From positions 19,298 through 52,840 of the forward strand of contig CAZTOP010000008.1 of assembly GCA_964615145.1 (NCBI GenBank): DNA of 33,543 bases, in the 5' to 3' direction. A program made the position numbers and the translations under genes. Shown here in pieces: positions 8,487-15,496 of this stretch (position 1 is its first letter; the number at the start of each line of letters is the position of its first letter). Source of the stretch: an uncultured Chitinophagaceae bacterium. GTDB lineage: Bacteria > Bacteroidota > Bacteroidia > Chitinophagales > Chitinophagaceae. The notes beneath the pieces were generated by a model. It saw only the letters and a list, made by a program, of their open reading frames with translations. It was not told the origin of the DNA and ran no database searches.

Positions 8487-9032
8487 ATGAAAATAACTAT
8501 TCGTAACCTGCTCCCGGTTCTTATTCTTATACTTGGCTTTTTTGCTATTAAAAAAGAGTTCCGTGCAACTGATACTGGTTTGTTTTACCAACTTAACTAT
8601 ATACCTTTTGGTCTGTTGATTCTTTTTACACTTATTGCAATCTCTTTAGATAAGCTTTTTTATAAAGCTTATAGAACCAAAAAACAATTTATTACTTCTA
8701 CCATTGGCATTTTGTTGTGTTGTATTGTTGTTTATAAAATTTACCAAAGGCATACAATAGATAAGTCAAATACCTTGTACACTTTCTCAACTAAAACTAC
8801 ATTAAATGAATACTGGGAAATACAATTAAAAGAAAATGAGAAGATGGTACTTGCCAATATAGATATGTTAGGTCAAACACTTTACTATGGCAAGTACACC
8901 CAAAAAGGAGATACGATTACCCTAACCGATATAATGAAAAACCGATACCTGAAACAAACACCTGTTACAGGTATCATCCATCAAAATAAAATTTACTTTA
9001 AAGGCTTAGATACTTTGGGTTTAGTTCAATAA
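8487..9032 (+). CDS. Hypothetical membrane protein (3 TM helices, N-terminal)
   Basis: The N-terminal half is hydrophobic (LLPVLILILGFFAI, FGLLILFTLIAISL, IGILLCCIVVYKI) and the C-terminal half is soluble. Confidence 0.5.
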   Translation: MKITIRNLLPVLILILGFFAIKKEFRATDTGLFYQLNYIPFGLLILFTLIAISLDKLFYKAYRTKKQFITSTIGILLCCIVVYKIYQRHTIDKSNTLYTFSTKTTLNEYWEIQLKENEKMVLANIDMLGQTLYYGKYTQKGDTITLTDIMKNRYLKQTPVTGIIHQNKIYFKGLDTLGLVQ

Positions 9033-9102
9033 TATTATCATTGTAATTAAAAATACCTTTAATATTTTTGAGACGCAACTGTACTAATTTTTTTTATATA
9101 TC

Positions 9103-9248
9103 GTCCCTATGGGACTTTTGCTAGTTTTTGATGTGATGGCTAACCATATTTTATGCCTACGGCATAGTGCAACTTAAAACCAATAGCTCCACTAGGAGCA
9201 AAATATTGGTAGAAAGAAATAGCATTAGGTATTAGAGTTCCGTAGGAA
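9103..9248. repeat. Cluster of four GC-clamped mini-hairpins (5-bp stems, 3-4 nt loops) in a 318-bp intergenic gap
   Basis: gtcccTATgggac (9103-9115), atgccTACggcat (9154-9166), gctccACTAggagc (9186-9199), gttccGTAggaac (9236-9248). Confidence 0.45.
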
Positions 9249-9350
9249 CGAGATATTATTTAGCTTTTATCATATTTTAAATAGCGGTGTTTATAAACCC
9301 TAATAGGCAGGCATTGGTATAAAAAATTTTATAATAAATATAAATACACT

Positions 9351-9638
9351 ATGGCATTAATATTTACAGGTTCAACCGAATGTGCTATTTGTAAAAAGGT
9401 GTTGCAAGATGGAGAGGCTATAGCTACATTGCCTGCTATTGCTAATACACAGCATCCGTTGTATTCTTTTTTTGATGGTGGTTTCCATCAATCCTGCTTC
9501 GATAACTGGGAGCATAAAGCAACCATTCAACAAATTATTGAAGAGGAAAGAGCAGCCTATGAAAATTCAGATTACTACAAAGAAATGGTTGCTAAGTATG
9601 GTGAGCCAAAATATAAAAATACAACACCAGATAAATAG
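9351..9638 (+). CDS. Small hypothetical Cys/His-containing protein (possible metal-binding)
   Basis: 95-aa ORF with CAICKK...HQSCFDNWEH. No catalytic motif. Confidence 0.45.
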   Translation: MALIFTGSTECAICKKVLQDGEAIATLPAIANTQHPLYSFFDGGFHQSCFDNWEHKATIQQIIEEERAAYENSDYYKEMVAKYGEPKYKNTTPDK

Positions 9639-9900
9639 ACTTCTTCGGCAATTCAAAGAACATCTAATAGAGGCGTCTTTGCGAGGTTCTTGCCGAAGCA
9701 ATCTCCAGCATAAAATAAATTGCCCACTTTCAAGGAGACTGCTTCGTTCCTCGCAGTGACGTACACCATTATATTTTTTTAGAATTTTTGAAAAAGTCTC
9801 TAATGAATATGGGTTACATAGCTTGTTTTTTTACGAAGCACAAAACAATCTTCGCTATGTTTGAGATTGCTTCGGGCAAGAACCTTCGCAATGACTTTTT
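9639..9900. repeat. Roughly 250-bp element bounded by about 25-33-bp near-perfect inverted repeats, with internal GC-rich sub-hairpins. It could be a MITE-like element or a structured RNA.
   Basis: Left arm aggcgtctttgcgaggttcttgccgaagcaatctc (9671-9705). Right arm gagattgcttcgggcaagaaccttcgcaatgacttt (9863-9897), reverse-complementary with two 1-nt indels. Additional pairs: cttcggcaa(9643-9651)/ttgccgaag(9690-9698), actgc...gcagt (9738-9757), gcttcgt(9741-9747)/acgaagc(9833-9839). Confidence 0.55.
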
Positions 9901-10109
9901 GTTCCTAAAGTTTACCTATCCAATCATCAGTGTAAATCAGTAGCATCCGTGCTATCTGTGTTGCAACAAATATTCTGTTAATTACCTCACAAAATATCTT
10001 TTCCCCAATTTATCCTAATGGTTTGTTAGTCAAATTACAGACCCTTAGTTTTACAGATACTATTTTTAACCACAACATTTAATTAATCAATTAATAAACT
10101 TTTATTCAA

Positions 10110-10976
10110 ATGGAATTAGTTATCAAAAATCTTAGCAAAACATACAGCAATGGGGTTAAGGCTTTAAATAATATTAACTTAAATATTAGTAAAGGAATGT
10201 TTGGTTTGCTTGGTCCTAATGGTGCTGGTAAAAGTACTTTAATGAGAACTATTGCAGCTTTGCAAAATGCAGATAGTGGCAGTATTTTTTTAGGAGATAT
10301 TGATGTAATAAATCAAAAAAATGAACTAAGAAAAGTGTTGGGTTATTTGCCTCAGGATTTTGGTTTTTATCCAAAAGTTTCGGCACTTGACCTGTTAAAT
10401 CATTTTGCAGTGCTAAAAGGTATCAGTAATAAAACAGAACGTAAACAAATGGTAGATGCCTTATTACTGCAAACTAATTTGTATGAAGTAAGAAAAAGAA
10501 ACGTGAGTGATTACAGTGGTGGTATGCGTCAGCGTTTTGGTATTGCACAGGCTTTATTGGGTAATCCTAAACTGATTATTGTGGATGAACCCACAGCAGG
10601 ATTAGACCCACAAGAAAGAAACAGGTTTCATAATATTTTAAGCGAAATTGGTGAACAGGTAATTGTAATTCTATCTACCCATATTGTAGATGATGTTAAA
10701 ACATTGTGTAACCAAATGGTGGTAATGAACAGAGGTACTATTTTACTGGAAGGCACACCAAAACAAGCAGTGGAAGCCATACAGGGCAAAATATGGACAG
10801 CATCTATCAACAAAGAAGATTTAACCAGTTACAAAAAACAGTTCAACGTAATTTCTCAATACATTAACGAAGGGAAAATGACGGTTCACGTTTTTGCCAA
10901 CTCACAACCATCGGCCGAGTTTGTTGCTACTGAAGCAGACTTAGAAGATGTTTACTTTTCGCATATTGGAAAGTAA
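10110..10976 (+). CDS. ABC transporter ATP-binding protein
   Basis: Walker A GPNGAGKST, signature SGGMRQR, Walker B LIIVDEPTAGLD, H-loop STH. Confidence 0.93.
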   Translation: MELVIKNLSKTYSNGVKALNNINLNISKGMFGLLGPNGAGKSTLMRTIAALQNADSGSIFLGDIDVINQKNELRKVLGYLPQDFGFYPKVSALDLLNHFAVLKGISNKTERKQMVDALLLQTNLYEVRKRNVSDYSGGMRQRFGIAQALLGNPKLIIVDEPTAGLDPQERNRFHNILSEIGEQVIVILSTHIVDDVKTLCNQMVVMNRGTILLEGTPKQAVEAIQGKIWTASINKEDLTSYKKQFNVISQYINEGKMTVHVFANSQPSAEFVATEADLEDVYFSHIGK

Positions 10977-11075
10977 TGGTTAATTGTTAGTGGTAAATTA
11001 TTAATTAAGAACCACCTGTTAACAACAAACAAATAACAATTAACAACTATTCACTGATCATTAACTGCTGATTTT

Positions 11076-14000
11076 ATGTTTAAAGAGATATTTTTATTTG
11101 AATTAAAACAAGGCTTAAAAAAGCCCTCTACCTATATATACTTTAGTATTTTATTTTTATTATCAATGATGCTTGGTTTAGGTGGTACAGGTGCATTGTT
11201 TACTACCAGAAATGATAGTAATCTTATTATGAATTCGGCATCGGTAATATCTGGTATTTTATTAGTAAGCAGCAGTTCTATATTTAGTTTAATGACTAGT
11301 GTTTTATTGATATCTATCATGGCAAATGCTATACAAAAAGATTATGAGTATAATACACATCCACTTTTTTTTACCAAGCCTATTACTAAATCAAGTTATT
11401 TTTTTGGACGATTTTTAAGTGTGTTTCTTTTAGCAGTATTTGTATTTAGTGGCTTACTAATTGGATATTATTTAGGCATTATACACGCTGCGGGTACAAG
11501 CTATGTAGGAGCGTTTGAGTTTATTAATTTTATACAACCTTTCTTAATTTTTACCTTACCCAATGTATTTTTATTTGGCGTTATTTTCTTTTCGCTTACT
11601 ACTTTTTTGCGTAATACTATGATGGCTTATATAGTAGCCATTATTTTAATGGTATTGCAAATAGCTACTGGTACTATAAGCTCAGATATTGATAATAAAA
11701 TGCTGGTAGCTGTATTAGAACCAACTGGCAGCAAGGCTTTGGGCTTAATAACAGAATACTGGAGCCCTGCCGAAAGAAATGCACGGCTCATTCCACTATC
11801 GGGTGCTTTGTTATACAACAGACTACTTTGGTTGGGGATTGCATTGCTTACAACTGCCATTAGTTATTATGGCTTCAATTTTTCGCAATTTTTACAACCT
11901 TTTCAGTTATTTAAAAGAAAAAAAGCAGAGGAACAACCCTCGCAAGTGTTATTAAATAGCTTAAGTGAATTGCCAACAGTGCATCAAGATTTTAGTGTCA
12001 AAAATGCTTTACAACAAGCTTGGTATTTAGGTTGTTTTGAGTTTAAAAAATTAAATCGTACTGTATTTTTTATAGTAATGTGCTTGTTAAGTATTGGCAC
12101 TATGCTTTTAATTGTAAAGTATATGGATGCTATGTACGATTCGCCAACTTATATGGTTACATATAAAGTACTGGAAGAGGCAGTGGGCTCTTTGGATTTA
12201 TATGCTATGATTTTTATAATTTTTTACAGTGGCACCATTATTTGGCGAGATAGAGAAACTAAAATGGTAGAACTGGTTGGAGCCACTCCTATTAGTAACG
12301 GTTCATTGTTTTTATCAAAATGGATTGGTTTAGAGCTTGGATTTATTTTGCTTTCGGTTATAGGTGCTTTTTGTGGTATATTGATTCAATTATATAATGG
12401 TTTTTATCATATCGATTTTTCACAATATCTGGTTTTTATATTAAAAGGTATTGCATCGAGTAGTGTACTGATTACATTTTGTCTTGCAGTACAGGTGTAT
12501 TCTCCTAACAAGTTTTTAGGTTTCTTTTTTGTGCTGATTCCAATTGTAATTATGCCCATAATATTCAGTTTACTGGAATGGGATGTTTTTTTATTAGACT
12601 TTAATAGCAGTGGCGATTCAAGCGAGTATTCTGATATGAACGGTTATGGAACTACCTTTATTGAATGGCCTGTTTTTAGAACTTACTGGACAAGTATTGC
12701 CGTTTTTCTGGCTATGTTAGCCATTTTGGTTTATGCAAGAGGAAAGGAAAAATCGCTTGTTGGCAGATTTAGATTATCGAAATACTTTTTTGGAGCAAAG
12801 TATATGCTTTATATGCTTGCCAGCTTTATCGTTATTGCAGTTTTAGGGTATTACATTTATTATGAAAAAAGAATTGTAAAAACTCATATTTCAGCAAAAA
12901 CAGCAGAAAAAAACAGGGCTGAATTTGAAAAAAAATATAAAAAATACGAAACCTTATTACAACCAAGAATTGTAGCCACAGTAGTAAACCTTGATATGTT
13001 TACCAAAACAAAACAACTACATGTTGCTGGTGTTTACACTTTGGTTAATAAGCATGCTGTTGCCATTGATAGCTTGTATATTGATTATATAGGTGGTAAA
13101 AAAAGTTCTTACAATTTTTCTAAACTTAATCCAACTGTGGGTTATAAAGAGGTATTGAAAGATGAGGAAAATGGCATTAAAATTTTAAAACTTGAGCATC
13201 CTTTACAACCCAATGACTCTATTATTTTCGAATTTGATGTTTGGTATAAACCGCTTAGTTATTTCGATAAAGTAAATTCACCCATTCAAGCTAATGGCAC
13301 ATTCATTAACAATGAATTTTTCCCAAGTTTTGGATATAATGAAGGAGATGAGCTCAGCGAAAACAGGGCAAGAAAAGAATATAACCTGAAGCCAAAGCCA
13401 CGAATGGCAAAGGTTACAGACTCGGCAGCAAGAATGAACAACTACATTTCAAGCGATGCTGACTGGATAAGATTTGAAACAACGGTTAGTACAGATGAAG
13501 GACAAATTGCAATAGCACCTGGTTATTTGCAAAAAGAGTGGATAAAAGATGGCAGACATTATTACAGTTATAAAATGGATAGCCCAATTCTTAATTTCTA
13601 TTCTTTTTTAAGTGCAGCCTACCAAGTAAAAAAAGATAGCTGGAAGGGAATTAGTTTAGAAATTTATTATAACAAGGGTCACGAGTATAATATAGATAGA
13701 ATGATGAAAGGAATGAAAAAGGCTTTGGAATATTATACCACCAATTTTGGTCCTTATCAGCATCGACAAGTAAGAATTATTGAATTTCCAAGGTATCAAT
13801 CATTTGCTCAATCATTCCCTAATACCATTCCTTTCTCTGAATCTATAGGTTTTATCACAAAAGTTGATGATGAAGATCCATTAAGTATAGATGTTCCGTT
13901 TTATGTTACAGCACACGAGGTAGCTCATCAATGGTGGGCACATCAAGTAATTGGTGGCAATGTACAAGGTAGTGTTTTAATGAGTGAAACCATGAGTCAG

Positions 14001-14762
14001 TACAGTGCTTTGATGGTAATGGAAAAAGAGTATGGAAAGGATGCCATGAAGAAGTTCCTGAAATACGAAATGGACAAATATTTAAAAGGAAGAACTTTTG
14101 AAAGTAAAAATGAAATGCCACTGATGCTGGCAGAAAATCAACAATATATTCATTACAATAAAGGTAGTGTGGTAATGTATGCACTAAAAGATTATTTAGG
14201 GGAAGCAACCCTGAATAATGCTATTAAAGAATATTTAAACAAAACTAAATTTACTGGACCTGTTTATACTAATTCAATTGAGTTTGTTAATTACATAAAA
14301 AAAGCAACACCCGACAGTTTACAATATTTAGTAACAGATTTATTTGAGAAGATTACTTTATACGAAAACTATGTTAAAAAACTAGACTATAAGAAAATTA
14401 GTGATAAAGAATATAAGGTAAGTATAACAGTGGGTTGTGCTAAGTTCTATGCAGACAGCACTGGCAATTTAACCAAAGCTACAGTGAATGACTATGTTGA
14501 TATTGGTATATTCACAATGCAAAAAATTAAAAATAAAGACATAGAGAAACCATTACTATTTACCAGAGTAAAAATGAATGCACCAGAAAAAACATTTGAG
14601 TTTACTGTAACTGAAAAGCCTGTATCTGCTGGCATTGACCCATACTTAAAGTTAATTGACAGAACACCTAAAAACAATGTTTGCAAGTTTGGAGAAACGC
14701 CTTCAAAACCTAATCTTGATTTAAATGGGAAAGATCTTAGTATTATTATTGGAGGAGAATAA
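11076..14762 (+). CDS. ABC-2 family permease fused to an M1-family (aminopeptidase N-like) zinc metallopeptidase domain
   Basis: The N-terminal roughly 600 aa are polytopic membrane (more than 10 TM helices). The C-terminal domain has HEVAHQWWAH...E (HExxH-x19-E zinc site). The canonical GAMEN exopeptidase motif is not visible upstream of HExxH. Confidence 0.88.
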   Translation: MFKEIFLFELKQGLKKPSTYIYFSILFLLSMMLGLGGTGALFTTRNDSNLIMNSASVISGILLVSSSSIFSLMTSVLLISIMANAIQKDYEYNTHPLFFTKPITKSSYFFGRFLSVFLLAVFVFSGLLIGYYLGIIHAAGTSYVGAFEFINFIQPFLIFTLPNVFLFGVIFFSLTTFLRNTMMAYIVAIILMVLQIATGTISSDIDNKMLVAVLEPTGSKALGLITEYWSPAERNARLIPLSGALLYNRLLWLGIALLTTAISYYGFNFSQFLQPFQLFKRKKAEEQPSQVLLNSLSELPTVHQDFSVKNALQQAWYLGCFEFKKLNRTVFFIVMCLLSIGTMLLIVKYMDAMYDSPTYMVTYKVLEEAVGSLDLYAMIFIIFYSGTIIWRDRETKMVELVGATPISNGSLFLSKWIGLELGFILLSVIGAFCGILIQLYNGFYHIDFSQYLVFILKGIASSSVLITFCLAVQVYSPNKFLGFFFVLIPIVIMPIIFSLLEWDVFLLDFNSSGDSSEYSDMNGYGTTFIEWPVFRTYWTSIAVFLAMLAILVYARGKEKSLVGRFRLSKYFFGAKYMLYMLASFIVIAVLGYYIYYEKRIVKTHISAKTAEKNRAEFEKKYKKYETLLQPRIVATVVNLDMFTKTKQLHVAGVYTLVNKHAVAIDSLYIDYIGGKKSSYNFSKLNPTVGYKEVLKDEENGIKILKLEHPLQPNDSIIFEFDVWYKPLSYFDKVNSPIQANGTFINNEFFPSFGYNEGDELSENRARKEYNLKPKPRMAKVTDSAARMNNYISSDADWIRFETTVSTDEGQIAIAPGYLQKEWIKDGRHYYSYKMDSPILNFYSFLSAAYQVKKDSWKGISLEIYYNKGHEYNIDRMMKGMKKALEYYTTNFGPYQHRQVRIIEFPRYQSFAQSFPNTIPFSESIGFITKVDDEDPLSIDVPFYVTAHEVAHQWWAHQVIGGNVQGSVLMSETMSQYSALMVMEKEYGKDAMKKFLKYEMDKYLKGRTFESKNEMPLMLAENQQYIHYNKGSVVMYALKDYLGEATLNNAIKEYLNKTKFTGPVYTNSIEFVNYIKKATPDSLQYLVTDLFEKITLYENYVKKLDYKKISDKEYKVSITVGCAKFYADSTGNLTKATVNDYVDIGIFTMQKIKNKDIEKPLLFTRVKMNAPEKTFEFTVTEKPVSAGIDPYLKLIDRTPKNNVCKFGETPSKPNLDLNGKDLSIIIGGE

Positions 14763-14778
14763 TGCTAAATAAAAATTA

Positions 14779-14822
14779 GGTTCAAGAGTAGATGAAATTA
14801 TGAATTGGGTACTCCTGAACCT
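14779..14822. terminator. Bidirectional rho-independent terminator between convergent genes
   Basis: ggttcaagagta...tactcctgaacc, a 12-bp stem with one wobble, followed by ttatttta. Confidence 0.6.
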
Positions 14823-14848
14823 TATTTTAATTATAAAAAAGAAACGTG

Positions 14849-15340
14849 TTACCCTTTCATATTTTCATATTGTAATGGCACACCAAAATTGCTGCTTCTG
14901 CACAAAGCAATTACGTCTTGCAAATCATCAATTTTTTTTGCAGTAACACGAATAATATTATCCATAATTGCAGCCTGAACTTTTAAGCCACTATCCTTAA
15001 TTGCTTTTACAATTTTTTTTGCATCATCTTGTTTAAGCCCATTGCGAACAGTAACTTCTTGCTTTACAATTTTTCCGCTTGGGTAAGGTTCCTTACTAAA
15101 ATCAAAAGCATTTGCATCAATACCTTGTTTAATTCCACGAGAAAGAATAACATCAGTTACTTGCTGAATTTTCATGTCGCTTTCTGCTTCAACTTTAATA
15201 ATAAAATTCTTTTTATCAAGTTCCATATCAAAATGAGAACCCCGAAAATCAAAGCGATTCTGAATTTCTTTTTTTACAACATTGATAGCATTATCTAATG
15301 TTTGTAAATCAACTTTGCTTGCAATATCAAATGATGGCAT
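14849..15340 (-). CDS. yajQ: YajQ-family (UPF0234) nucleotide/cyclic-di-GMP-binding protein
   Basis: MPSFDIASKVDLQTLDNAINVVKKEIQNRFDFRG... is the characteristic YajQ N-terminus. Length 163 aa. Confidence 0.88.
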   Translation of the reverse strand: MPSFDIASKVDLQTLDNAINVVKKEIQNRFDFRGSHFDMELDKKNFIIKVEAESDMKIQQVTDVILSRGIKQGIDANAFDFSKEPYPSGKIVKQEVTVRNGLKQDDAKKIVKAIKDSGLKVQAAIMDNIIRVTAKKIDDLQDVIALCRSSNFGVPLQYENMKG

Positions 15341-15496
15341 ATAACTATAAAATTATTAATTGTTAATATGTATGTTTATAAAAAATCAAAATTATGGAAT
15401 ATTGAACGCTCTTAATCTATAAAAAATTTCAAAAAAATAATTTTACAACTGTTTTTCAGCTGAAATAAATATCCTTGAATATGAATAAAAATCATC

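Noticed and set aside
9439-9759. 106-aa ORF overlapping the small Cys/His gene and the inverted-repeat element
   Set aside because: It overlaps the better ORF 9351..9638 out of frame. Its C-terminal half is generated by the GC-rich inverted-repeat element. The Arg/Ser-rich composition is typical of GC-island read-through.
15029-15298. 89-aa ORF antisense to yajQ
   Set aside because: Phe/Asn/Ile-rich AT-driven translation inside a confidently identified gene.
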